A stretch of DNA of 64,000 nucleotides, from positions 15,996,001 to 16,060,000 of the forward strand of contig NC_045727.1 in the NCBI RefSeq assembly GCF_009834535.1. The letters are read 5' to 3'. The stretch comes from Camelus ferus (lineage: Eukaryota). Under the pieces are notes generated by a model. It was given only the letters and a program-made list of their open reading frames with translations, had not been told where the DNA came from and did not search any database. Shown here one piece after another: positions 1-11,950 of this stretch (its first letter is position 1; each line of letters begins with the position of its first letter). Both the position numbers and the translations under genes were made by a program.

Positions 1-39
1 GCAACTGGAGGCAGGAAGATGTAGCAGCGACAGGCACAG

Positions 40-245
40 GCTCTGGAATCCTAGGGAATGGGGTCCAAATCCTGGTTCTGACAAAGCCCTGGCTGTGTGA
101 CCTCAGGAAATTTACTTGACCTCTCTGAGCCACAACTTCCTCATCTATAAAATGGGTATAAAAATAATACCTCCCTCCTAGAGACCACATTAATGTGATC
201 CTACATGTGGCATGTATCACACAGTATCTGGTACACACTAGGCAC
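40..245 (+). mobile_element. MIR SINE
   Basis: MIR core: gctgtgtgacctcaggaaatttacttgacctctctgagccacaacttcctcatctataaaatggg. Confidence 0.85.
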
Positions 246-1159
246 CAGTGAGTCATTGTTGCAATTATTATATTGAAGACCACCCAGCTCAGGAGAGCTG
301 GAGGTGATCAGTTTCATTTGAGGCCCATGATGTTTCTTTGGCCTCTCCACTCCCACCCAGCAGCCCACCCGCCACCCAAACAATCCCCAGTGGCGTTTCC
401 CTTTCCTAATATGGCAGGCAACTCATCACCCAACTCGTCAGCCCTACGGGACAAACACAGCCTCCATGTTCACCGGCCAGGGTGCTATTGGCAAGGTTCC
501 CGCACAGGCATCAGACGGGGGAGATTAAATCACTCCTACTTTGCAGCTGGGGGAATGGAGGCCCAAGAAAGTGAAGGCACTGTCCCACGGTCCGCAGCAA
601 AGTAAGAGGTGGACCCAAGACAAGAGCCCCAGTCTCCTGACCTCGCAGCCACTGCCCTGCCATCTTTAGTTATAATTCCTTCAGCCCGGCTAGCCCCTTA
701 GAGTTCACACAGCATCTGTACTTGGTATACTTGGTTCTATTAAATCTCATGGTAACACTAAAATGGGTATAAACTCCATTTTCTGTGTGGAGAAACCCAG
801 GCTCGGGCTGGAGACATGCCCCACCCAAGATCTCAGAGGGTGTCAGAGGTGGAGCGGGGGCGGGCATCTGGACAGCATGCCCCAGCCGTCTCTCACCCTC
901 CTGGAAGGAGGCAGCCCCCACCAGGGGGAGGTCTGACAGGGCGCCTGGGCTGCCCACCCCACCCCCTGAAAATGACAATGCCTTGAAAACAAAAACACAC
1001 CCAGCCCATGGCCTGGAGCTCTGGACCCATCGGTGCCTGCACGGACCCATCACATCTGCACACCCGCGGAGGAAGGAAACCAAACTTCAAACCCGACAGG
1101 CCCACACGAGTGGCAGGTATTAATTGGTGCAATTAGGCAGCCCTTTCCCAAGGCCATAG

Positions 1160-1338
1160 NNNNNNNNNNNNNNNNNNNNNNNNNNNNNNNNNNNNNNNNN
1201 NNNNNNNNNNNNNNNNNNNNNNNNNNNNNNNNNNNNNNNNNNNNNNNNNNNNNNNNNNNNNNNNNNNNNNNNNNNNNNNNNNNNNNNNNNNNNNNNNNNN
1301 NNNNNNNNNNNNNNNNNNNNNNNNNNNNNNNNNNNNNN
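1160..1338. other. Assembly gap (179 N)
   Basis: Run of N. Confidence 0.99.
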
Positions 1339-1414
1339 TCACATTATTCTGTCTTCTACCCAGGCCCAAGGACATAAACCTTTGAATGTAGGGTCCTCCA
1401 GTGGTTGGGGTGAC

Positions 1415-1650
1415 CCCACTTTAGAGTCAGAAAAACCCAGACCTGGGTTTGAGTCCTTACTCCCCTCAGTTTATGTGCTGAGTGACCTTAGGCAAGTAAC
1501 ACAACATCTCTGAGCCTCCCCTTCCTCATCTGTGAAGTAGGGACAATACTAGTACACATCTCATAGGGTTGTTGTGAAGATTTGATGAGCCAAGCACACA
1601 GAAAGTGCTCGATGAAATGAGCCTTTGTCACTACTGTCATTAAGTAATAA
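1415..1650 (+). mobile_element. MIR SINE
   Basis: acctgggtttgagtcc...gtgaccttaggcaagtaac...ctcatagggttgttgtgaagatt. Confidence 0.85.
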
Positions 1651-1944
1651 TAATTAAAATTGTCATCTTTGAAGCATTCCAGGGGTCCCAGAGGAGCTAC
1701 CAATCTGCAAAGGGAATAAAGCAAAACAAAAACTAAAAACTATAATCCACCCAACAGATCATGCCTGTAACATTTGTTGAGCACCAACTGTGTACACAGT
1801 TGAATCAGTCAAGGATTCTGCTCTCCATGCACTGTCTCCAGCAAAGACAGACACGAATGCAGATAATGGCCCAAACTTCACATCCGACAGCACTTTACGA
1901 AGCACACTCACCTCCAGTAGCCCCCAAAACTCACTCTATACGTG

Positions 1945-2065
1945 GAAGTTGGTATCCTCATGCCCATTTTACTGATGAGAAGTCTGAAGTTCTAAGTCGC
2001 TTGCCCAGAATCGCGTGGCTAGGGAGAGGCAGAAGTAGGATTTGAACTCGGGTCTGTCTGCCCTG
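1945..2065 (-). mobile_element. MIR SINE
   Basis: cccattttactgatgagaagtctgaag...aggatttgaactcgggtctgtctg (reverse MIR core). Confidence 0.8.
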
Positions 2066-2960
2066 ATGCCCACTATAATAATCTCTTGGTAAATCCTTCC
2101 ACGGAGGAAGTGGGTGGGGATGGGTTGAGATAACCCACCACCTGGAAAGGAGCCTGCCCTGGCTGACCCCACCCCTGAGGCCCCCCAAAATGCCGAGATG
2201 ACCTTTTATCCCTCCTTCTCGCCCCGGCCCCCACGGTCGCTCTCTCAGGACTTCACACCTCATGGGCGCCCACTCTGCCCACTTTTGCTTGGGGACCTCG
2301 CACCCACATCGGTCCCTGCAGGCAGCTCTCAGAGGCAGAGACTTGTGTCAGCAGTCGGACGGAGCTGGGTTTCTGTCCTTCATCCATCACGGAGCAGCTG
2401 GGTGGCCTTGCCCAAGTTATGGAAGCCTCAGTTGCCACATCTGTGAAACGGGGCTAATGACAGGGCTGCTATGAGTGAAGATGTGGGCTCCACGAGGGCA
2501 AGAGCATAGTCTCCTACCCTCACTGCATCCCTGGTGCAAAGGAGACCTGAGGGATGGAAGGGAAGAAAGGTGGGGGGAGGGAGGGAAGGAGGAAGGAAGG
2601 AGAGGGGGAGCATGGAGACTACAAGGGTCCTAGCTGGTCCGAGGGGTCGTGCTGTGGGACGAGGATGCTGTGAACCATCCCTCACCCCTCCTGCCCCCAG
2701 CTGGGCTCTGGGGAAAGAGAAGGCAGTGAACCCTGGGCCATGCATTCCCCTACTCTCCCCCTAATTCCCCACCACTGCCCAAGCACATAAACTCTGTTTC
2801 CCTGCAGGTCAGCAGGCTGGGGTAGGATTCATAGTCGGGTCCCCTCAAGCCCAGAACCCAGCCTATTCCCAGGGCCAGGCCGCCTCCCAAGGAGATGGCA
2901 CCGAGGCCAGAGGCCTCCTGAATCCTGTGTGCTGGGAGAGCCGGCAGGCCAGGTGCCCAG

Positions 2961-2995
2961 GAGGAGGGAGGGGAGGGGAGGGGGAGGAGGGAGGG
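2961..2995 (+). repeat. Pure G/A tract, (GGGA)n-like
   Basis: gaggagggagggaggggagggggaggagggagggg. Confidence 0.9.
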
Positions 2996-3354
2996 GCAGC
3001 CAGCGGCAGCAGGGAGGATATTTTAGTGCCCCATGAAAACCTGAATAAATAGTGCCTAACCTTTCCCGCTCCCACTTCCTTATCTCAATATTCCATTTAA
3101 TAGCACCTTTCAGGCCTCACTAAAAGAATACGAGGGTTGTTATATCAGCTCTAAGTCACTGTTACAGCGGGGCCTGGCTGTAGGCTGTGGCAACGCCCAG
3201 GCCCCTGTTCCTCTTAGGATGTGTGGATCCCTTTCTTCTGGAGATGCTTGGAGCCCCTCGCCCAAGACCCGCCGCGGCGTGGGGACAATGCCCGGGATGG
3301 GACTCTGCCAGCAGCCCTCTGGATTTGCTATGGACCAAAATCTGCATCAGGGTC

Positions 3355-3660
3355 CTAGGGCTGCCATGACAAAGCACCAAAATCTGGGCAACTTAAACCA
3401 AAGAAATGTATCACCCCACAAATTGAGGTGTGGGCAGGGTGGGTTCCGCCTGGAGGATGTGGGGGAGAAGGGCCTGTCCCAGGCCTCTCTCCTAAGCACC
3501 AGGATAAGAGAAATAAGGCAGATGACATCTGCTCACTGCTCACAGGGCACACCCCTACATCGTACCTGTCCCTCCGCGTCAGTTCTCCCCTGGACCCTCC
3601 ATGCGACGCCACAAAGCAGTTGCTGTCCTCTTCCATCTTTGTGAGTGAGGACAAAAGCTC
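3355..3660 (-). mobile_element. MaLR solo LTR (MLT1C/D-like)
   Basis: ctagggctgccatgacaaagcaccaaaatctgggcaacttaaaccaaagaaatgtat matches the reverse MLT1 3' end. Confidence 0.7.
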
Positions 3661-4009
3661 CCAGAGGTGAGGAGACCCACCCGAGATCACACAGCTGGTG
3701 AGCGGCAGAGCTGGGGCTCAAAGCCAGGCCTGGGCCTCACCCCCGCTACACCACCACCTGTGTTGGGATGCAGTCAGGGAATCTGGGCATGACTGCCTGC
3801 TCCATCACCTTCTAGCTGGCTGTCCTGGTGTGAGTCCCCTGTTCCATCAGAAGCTCAGTTTCCTCATCTGTAAAATGGGAACATGTAAAGCCTGGCCCAC
3901 AAGAAGGCAGTGGGAACCAAATGAGCTTTGGTTCGGTGACAGTGCCTTAAAGTGCAAGAGCCTGCAAGTGCCACTCATCAGCAGGGACTCAGAAACAACA
4001 GAGACAGAG

Positions 4010-4600
4010 AAACACGTGGACTGTGCGCCCACGTGTGCCAGGGCATACAAAGATCTGTGTGTTCGTGTATCGGGGCGGGCGTGTTTGCGAACTGCAGTGT
4101 ATGTACTCCGGCACATGGGTGTGTGTTCTGCAGGGGTGCATTCCTAGGTCCAGGAGGGCCTGCATCTGGAGGCCTGCCCGTGTGTGTGTGTGTTTTCCGG
4201 GCACGCGTGCTCACCAGCCTGGCTGTGCCTGCGTGAACAGACAGGAGACATGTCTGTATCTGTGCCTCTGTAGATCTGTGCTCCTGGGCACCTGGGCACC
4301 TGTTGTGCACCTGTGTGTGCAGGGAGGTGAGCATGAGTCAAAAGGTGAGCGCGTTTGTCTGCTGGAGAGCACGCGGTGTCTGCCTGCATCTTCACGCCCA
4401 GATGCGGGCGCGTGGGGCCCATGCTGTGCGGATGTGGGTGCATCCCTGCCGTTCTATGTCTGGGTGCACGTCTGAGCGTCTAAGCCTGGCTGTGCGCACC
4501 TGTGCCCATGACCGCGTTAACCCACGGCCTGAGATGTGCATGTGGCTGCACCCGTGTGCCTCTGGAAGCCCTGTCTGGAGTCCGTGTGGTCACCGTGCGC
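4010..4600. repeat. TG/CG-rich low-complexity region
   Basis: Dense gtgt/tgtgc/gcgtg alternation with no fixed period. Confidence 0.6.
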
Positions 4601-5689
4601 GGGGTCCAGAGCTGGGGTAAATGAGGCCTTTTCCGCCCCCGGCTGCACCCAGGGCCTGCAGGTGGCTGCGCTAATAAGGCTGCTTTCCCCGAGGCGGTGG
4701 CTGCCGGGAGCAGGTCGGGGAGCCGGAGCCTCAGGGCTGGGCTCAGCAGCCCCTCACCAAGGCTGCCTCATCAGCAAGACCGCAGCCCACCCTGACCCTG
4801 TGCCCTCCGGCAGCCCAGGGCCAGCCACGGCCCGGGAGTGACCCCAGGGGATACTTGCCCCTCTCCAGGCTCCATCTCCCCTTCTCCGCTGAAACAGTGG
4901 CCCACAGTCCCACAGGACCCAGAAAGGGACTGGGCCACCCCCTACACGAGACCCCTCTGATCTGATCGGGGCTCCGGCCGGCCTTAAACATGGCCTGTCG
5001 AGGCCTCAGACTCCCTATCTGTAAAACGGGGCAAGGCTCAGGCTTTTCGAGGTGGACCACCTCCCTCTAAGTCTCCTGACTGAGACAGCTGGGGTGAGGA
5101 CGGAGCAGGAAGGAGAGGGTCTCAGCTCTCAGGAAGTCCCCAGCGCTAAACAGGAAATGTTCCGTGAATGCTGATCACAGCCCAGAGCCAGGCTAACACT
5201 CAGGGTAATAATAATAATAATGGCAGTTATTGTTTACAGCTCTGCTAAGCGGTGATGGTTACTATTACAATTTGAGGTGTTATTATTGCTCTCTTTGCTA
5301 CGCTGCTCAGGATCCAGGCGGCCCCACCACCCATCTCCCCACTCCAGGGAGCTGCCTGCCAAGAGCTGACGTTCCCGACCTCCTCACCGGGGCTTAATTA
5401 GGCCTCTTAGAAGGCAGAGCTGGCTCAGGGCCTGCAGGGAGCTTGGGGCAGAGGAAGCTACAAGGAGGGGAGGAGGAGGCTACAGGCAGAGACAAGGCCA
5501 GGCTGGGCTGAGAGGGTCTCCCCTCACTCGGGATCGCCCCTACTCACCAGCATGGAAGTCCGGAGCGAGCCTGACATGCACACCTGCCCACATACATGCG
5601 CTGTCTTTCAAGCTCCTCGTCCATTTTGTAGCCCCAGAGCAAAAGCTCCACCAAGCTTCCTCACGGTGGAATAGTACTGGGATCAATTC

Positions 5690-5900
5690 CTCAGAGTCAG
5701 ACATACTTGGGCTTAAATCCTGGCCCTGCTCCTTCCCAGCTGGGTGACCCTGAGCTACTGACTTTCCCTCTCTGAGACTCTGCTGCCTCATCTTGAAAAT
5801 AGAGATGATAATTGTGCCCACTCCGCAAGGTGGCTGTGAGGATTAAATAGTAAAGTGCAAGCAAAGGGTTTAACCCCGTGCCTGGTCGAGAGGCAACTCC
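5690..5900 (+). mobile_element. MIR SINE
   Basis: gagtcagacatacttgggcttaaatcctggcc...ggctgtgaggattaaatag. Confidence 0.8.
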
Positions 5901-5944
5901 TCTTTTGTGCCCGTGACATTTTTATTGTCAGTATTACTCTATCA

Positions 5945-6300
5945 GTTATTATTACTCCATCAGGATGGAATAAGTTACGCTGCTGTAACAAGTAATCCCC
6001 AAATCTTTACAGATGGATTTCCAGCTTGCACTGTACGTCTCCTAGGTTGGCAGGGAGCCGGAAGGTGCTCATTACACTCAGTCAGGGACTCAGGCTGATG
6101 AGGCGTAGACCCCTCCTCAAATGTTACCAGTGTTGTGCTAGCGAGAAAAATAAATTCTGAGAGTCTCCAGCCATTTAATGCCCTGGCCTAGAAAAAAAAA
6201 ATAATAAAACACGCCCTCGACTCATGGGCCAGAACTCATCACATAGCCCCACCTACCCATAGGAGAGCCAGAGAGACAAAATCTGGTGAACAATATGTGT
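5945..6300 (-). mobile_element. MaLR solo LTR (old MLT1)
   Basis: caggatggaataagttacgctgctgtaacaagtaatccccaaatct. Confidence 0.7.
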
Positions 6301-6499
6301 GATTACCATGGTAACAAAGGCCTATCTAGAATCCTGGAACCTCACACATGGAAAGAAACTTAGGATCGTCTATTTTTTCAGATTGGGAGCTTAGGACCCA
6401 GAGAAGGGAAGAGACTTATCTAAGGTCACACAGCAAATTGACTTCAGAACTGGGACTCCAACTCAGGTCCCCTGGCTTCCTAGCCCAGATGTTCTTGTT

Positions 6500-6910
6500 C
6501 GTCCCTCAAGGATCCCCCTAACCCCATTGGTTCAAATGTACCAAGACAACTTTGGCCAATGAGAAACCTCCTGGGAGGATTCTGGAAAAGGTTTCCTCTC
6601 TCTTTAAAAGGAGTCTAAGAAGTGGAAGTTTCTCTGCCTTTTTTGGATGCTGTTGTGTGAGGTGGAACTGCAGCAGCCATTTTGTGATCATGAAGAAATA
6701 ATATTGGGGACAAAAATCTACACTCTGAGGAAAGCAGAGTGAATAAATGGAAAGAACTTGGGTCTTTGATGATGTCATTGAGCTTCTGAATCAACCAACC
6801 CTGGAGCCATCCAGCTTCTGGACTTCTTGTTACACAAGGTAGTAAACTGTCCTTATTGTTTACTACTTCAGGCCTTCAGATACTGGCCACCTAAGTCATC
6901 CTGATAGACA
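6500..6910 (+). mobile_element. MaLR solo LTR (MLT1J-like)
   Basis: gcagccattttgtgatcatgaag...ggaaagaacttgggtctttgatgatgtcattgagcttctgaatcaacc. Confidence 0.75.
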
Positions 6911-6919
6911 GAGCCCTTG

Positions 6920-7235
6920 TGCCTCTACTCCATCCCTCTCCACTCTCTTCTACTTAAAGCAAACTCTTACTTCAGGCTTCAGTGTAAGCATCCCTCTCTC
7001 TAGGTTTCCTGAATCCCCACCCAGCTCACGCTTTCAAAAAACCACATCCCTTTTCCTCACAGAGGTCCACCCCAGTTTGTAATGAGTCACTCATTGGTGT
7101 GATTCTTTTATTTATCTCTTCATCCTCCACTTATTCCATGAGGGCAAAGAGCACAGTGTTTGGGCCCCATTTGAATCATCCATGATGAGGGCAGTGCTGT
7201 CCATAGTTGGCCCTCGATGTTTGTTGAATGAATAA
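6920..7235 (+). mobile_element. L2 LINE 3' fragment
   Basis: Ends ccatagttggccctcgatgtttgttgaatgaataaag (L2 terminus). Confidence 0.65.
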
Positions 7236-8769
7236 AGTCATTCACGTGTGCTTGCCCATCCCTTCATTCTTTTAGTCCAAAACAGTCACCCAGTATGTTT
7301 CAGGAGGCCAGGAATCTTTGCTGTGTTCACTGTTGCATCCCAAAAGCCTGGAATGGATAAGCACTCAAGCATCTGTTTGAACTGGTAAATGGACTGAACT
7401 TCCTGTACGTGCCAGGGGTCAGCCTTACCTGTGCATCTGTAAGACAGCAAACGAGGGGAAGTTGCAAGGATGAGAGAGGCAGAAACACTGCAACAAGGCT
7501 GCATTTCCACATTCTAGCCTGGCAATGACAGGGTCGGCATTCTGCTGGAGGAAGACAAACTGAAAGCAATACCCCACATTGACCGATGACACCGTTAACC
7601 CTGATTCCTGGGCTCTAAGCCCCTTGAGGGCAGGAATGGCTTTCGAGACGTGTCTGTCCGGGTGGAAGGGACTTGGGTCCTGCAGGGGGCTGGGTTCCCA
7701 CCGCTCCTCACACCAGATGGCTCTCCTGGGCCCTGCATCTATCATGGCAAGATGGTCTTGGAGGAAACAGAAGCGACGCTTGAGAGATGGATGTCGACGG
7801 CAAACGGGCTGTGATGATCATGCGTCTCCATTTTCCCCTTAATATACATGATGAATAAACTTAATTACACGGAAAATTGCTGCCATTGAAGAATGGGGCG
7901 CATGTGGCACTCTCGCGTTGCCGAGGGCTTCCTTGCTCTCCCAACGGTCCAAAGGGGGAGAACCTGAGTCACCATCACAGACTCCAGGATTGGCTTTCAT
8001 GAAAAAGCCAGGTTCAAGCAGAGGCAGAACCAGCTCCATAGAATGTTGGCTCTCAGAAGACCCAGAGTGTTCATTTCACCAGACCACCCATTCTACAGAC
8101 AGGGATAATTGAGTCCCAGAGAAATGGATGTGATGACTCAAATCAGGGCCAGTCTCTTCCTTCTCCAAGTCCTCTAGGTTGCTCTGATCCAAAATACACA
8201 CAAGTCAAATTCCTCTTGGTTTCAATCTCTTCCAAAGTAGGCATTTGGGAAACTGACCCATGTCAAGGACCTACCCCCGAATCGGCAAAATTCTGAGCAT
8301 GTGCCAGACCAGAACAAGCACTCAACAGAAATTAGCTGTCGTTTGTATTGTTTTGTTGTTATTGTCATTACAAATTGTATAAAATTAGTTCCTCCGGAAT
8401 GGATGAGAGGCAAAAAGTCAGGACCTGGGAGGCAGGAAATCCAGATGCTGGTATAGCCTCTGATATCAACAAGTAATGTGCAACTTAGCAAAGCCACGCC
8501 CACCTCTGAGCCTCAGTCTCCTGTCCTGTAAAATGAACAGAATCATCTTTTCTGTTAACCATCAGTGGGCCATTGGAGGCTCTGGTTAACTAATGAGTGT
8601 CTGAGCTGCACAGGCTTGTCAGAGACTGTGTCAGAGTTGTAACGGGAGACTTCCACGCTGTTTGAGCAAGTGTCCTATGGTCTTCCAGACCCTGGCAAGA
8701 TGAAGACAAGCTTGCCTGAAGCCAGGCAACAGGGGTGGGATGGTGGGGAGGGAATAATAGCAGCCGATG

Positions 8770-9240
8770 TCTGTGCACAACTGTCATCATTATTCAGTAG
8801 ACATCTACTCTGGGGCCGTGATGCGCCAAGGGAGGGGCACAAAGATAAGAAGACGTGGGTTTTGCCCTCAAGGAGCACACAGTCTAGTAGAAGAGACAGA
8901 CGCAGCATCAGTCAATTAGTGTGGTGGCTGAAAAACAGCCAAAAGTAGCTGCAAAGCACAAGGTGCAATCAAGGAGGACCCTCTGGAGGAGTGTGGGTTT
9001 CAATGAATCACGTGCTCATTCCTGCAAGCCTGTATGCAGTGTGTCTAAAGGGACGGAAATCCAGAGGTGAATAAAACACACGTGGTCCTGCTCTCACAAA
9101 ATGAGAGTTGTCCGGGCCAACAACAGGCAGTGGAAAGGCCACCTGGAGCAGAGGGAACAGCACAGGCAAAGGCATCGAGGTGTGGAACAATCTGGCATTA
9201 CTTATTAGAGCATGAACAGGAGATGAGGCTAGGCAGGAAA
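8770..9240 (-). mobile_element. L2 LINE fragment
   Basis: ttattcagtagacatctactctgggcc...ttgccctcaaggagcacacagtctag...ggaacagcacaggcaaaggc. Confidence 0.65.
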
Positions 9241-9329
9241 CCTCTCTTATTTAGCAGGTTGCCAAGCAGTAGAAATACCAAATCCCTCCTTGTGTACCCC
9301 CTACAAATCTTCTCTCAGAAGTGCACTGT

Positions 9330-9775
9330 GCAACAGATAAATGGATAAACAAATCATTCTGTCCATACAATGGAATATTATTCAGCCATAGAAAAGGAAC
9401 AAAGTATTGACACGTATCATAATGTGGTTAAACCCTGAGACACTATACTAAGTGAAATAAGCCAGATGCAAAAGGACAAATACTGCAATGCTTCCACTCA
9501 TATGAGGTACCTAGAATAGGCAAATTCACTGAGACAGGAAGGAGAACGGAGGTTACCAGGGGCTGGAGGAGGCAATGGGAGTTATTGTTTAATGGGTACA
9601 GAATTTCTGTTTGGGATGATGAAAAAGTTCTGGAAATGGACAGTGGTGATGGCTGTACAACACTGTGAAAAATGTCCTTAATGCCACTGAAATATACACG
9701 TAGAAATGGTTAAAATGGTAAATGTTATTTATGTTCTATTTTTCCACAATAAAAAGAACTTTTAAAAAAATGCAC
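9330..9775 (+). mobile_element. L1 3' end (L1MB-like)
   Basis: atggaatattattcagccatag...gggatgatgaaaaagttctggaaatggacagtggtgatgg...ccacaataaaaag. Confidence 0.9.
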
Positions 9776-9824
9776 TAAGCTACTCTAAGCTACTTGCAAA
9801 TGTTATAAATACTCAGAAGTTCAT

Positions 9825-10170
9825 TAATTCCTTCATGCATTCATTTATTCCATAAATATTTATTAAGCAGCAACGACATACTAGACATGGTTCCAAGCGC
9901 TGAGGAAGCAGAGGCAAAAAAGACAGACAAAGACTCCTGCCAGCACAGAGGTGACAGGAATGCGGGGGCCAGACAGTAAACAAGTAAATGCATTAATAAA
10001 CCAGATAATTATAGATGCGATGAGCTACGAAGGATATGAACAGGGCAATGTGCTGGGGAGCGAGGGAGAGGGAGGTTTTCTAGTTAGGAAAGTGAGCTTT
10101 GGGCTGGGCTCCCTGCAGAGGTAGCAGGTCCCCTGAGGCCTACAGGAAGCAGTCATGCAAACAGCTGGGA
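9825..10170 (-). mobile_element. L2 LINE 3' fragment
   Basis: ttcatgcattcatttattccataaatatttattaagc (reverse L2 tail). Confidence 0.75.
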
Positions 10171-11319
10171 GGACAGCAAATCCTAACAGACAACAGACCC
10201 CTGCATATAATATGTTTCCCTGTCTCTCTCTCTCCCACCCTCCCCAGTTCTTCCTGATCCCGGCCTCGCTCTGGGAGGGTACCAGGGCCTGGGGATGGAT
10301 ACAGACACAGCTAGGACTCGGGACCCTTGCCTAAGCATCTTCCCCATCAGAAAGTACTTCCCCGAGTCTAACTCTGCTCTCTCCTGCTGCAGGCACTTCT
10401 TTTGGATTTTCAGGGAGATGGAGATCCTTCTTAGGAAGCGGCCCTCACACTGACCCTCCCAGCCACCACATCCCCTACAATCTCTAACAGCATCACCTGA
10501 GACCCACGGTAGGAGAAAGAAAGCCGGCTGCCAAGCAGCTGTGGCTGGTGAGATGTCCCAGCAAGCCAGGGGCTGCGGCTCGTTAACCGTCATATAATTA
10601 AGTCCCAGGCTGGGGCCGGCGCATTAGTGCCTTTAGATCATCCAAAGACAGTGGTTCCCTTAATGAAAGGTTCTCTATTACAAAATTGGGCTTCCATCCA
10701 TCTCCATTATGGGGGGCAGTTTACCTGCTTATACACGCACCACGCGCACTCCCTGGCAGGGGGTGGCGGTGACACGAAGGTGCAGAATGGCTTTCCAGGC
10801 ACCAGGACGCTGATGAACAGCCCGTCCCTGCCGCCGAGGCAGACGGAACAGCCAATCCCCCTGGGGCCGGCTGTCTGCCAGTGTCTAGGGGATGATAGTA
10901 GACGGAGACTTCTTGGGATGGGGCAAATTCAGGGCAAGACTAGAAGGTTCCTGCCTCGGGGGTTGGCTTCAGCCAGAGTGATCTGCAGGATGACTTCCAG
11001 TCCGACAACCGGGAGATGGGATTTCCAGCCCAGCCCGATGGGGAGACGTGCTGGGCGGGCCTGGGCTTCAGCTCCTTCAGTCATGCAACAAGGCGTCTGC
11101 GGTTCCTTGTTACTCACCCGACAGCATCAGGACCAGCAGCTCCCGTTGATTCTACCTTCAAGATGCTACCAGGATCTGACCCTTCTCATCACCTCTACCA
11201 CGGATGACTCATTATCACCTTTGGCCATCATCGTCCTCCCTGAACTTCTGGCTTCAACTCTTGCCCGCTTCCAGCCAGAGGAAATTATTTTTTCAATTAG
11301 CTGAGGTGAAATTCACATG

Positions 11320-11545
11320 AGGCCAGGTATTTGCACCAAAGAACAGATGCTCCAACAAATTCTTGTACACCAATGTTCACAGGAGCACCATCCACAATAA
11401 CCAAGAGGTTACTGCACCTTTTGGTCCACAGGACCAAACATCCATTGATGGATGAATGGTTAGACAAGATGCAGTCCATCCATTCAACAGAATAGTACTC
11501 AGCCATAAAAAGGAGCCAAGTTGCGACAATGTGGGTGAACAGAGG
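11320..11545 (+). mobile_element. L1 fragment (L1M)
   Basis: ccaatgttcacaggagcacc...catccattgatggatgaatgg...tactcagccataaaaagg. Confidence 0.8.
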
Positions 11546-11729
11546 GGCCTTTCTAAAAACAAATCATGTCCCTCCTCTGCATGGAACCCTCCACTGGTCT
11601 CTTTGAAGGCCGTCCAGACTCCGTGTGAGGGTCTGTGAGGTCTATGTCCCCATTTCCTCTCTGACTTTACTTCCACGCCTGCCCACCGTGGCGCACCACA
11701 CTCAGCTCTACCAGCCTCGGTCTGAGACG

Positions 11730-11950
11730 AGAACACACCAAGCTTGCTCCCCGCTCAGGGCCTTTGCTGCTGCTGTCCCTACACCCGGAATCCCCTTCCT
11801 CGGATGCACCCCTTCTCGTGTTTCACTCCAGAGGCACCTCCACAGAGAGGTAGTGCTGGACCACCCTATCGACCGCCCCCCCCCACACCCACCATCCCTC
11901 GACCCTACTGGTTGCCTATTTCATGGTTTTCATGGCTGTTCTCGGGGCAG
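11730..11950 (+). mobile_element. L2 LINE fragment
   Basis: tcagggcctttgctgctgctgtccctacacccggaatccccttcc. Confidence 0.65.

Noticed and set aside
918-930. CTCF-like CCACCAGGGGGAG (similar hits near 15557 and 30825)
   Set aside because: Each mismatches conserved core positions; not supportable without PWM scoring or ChIP data
10627-11304. 225-aa plus-strand ORF (longest gap-free ORF)
   Set aside because: No recognisable domain, starts at GTG, has no clear splice context and ends in an L1 fragment; a frame this long can occur by chance in GC-rich DNA
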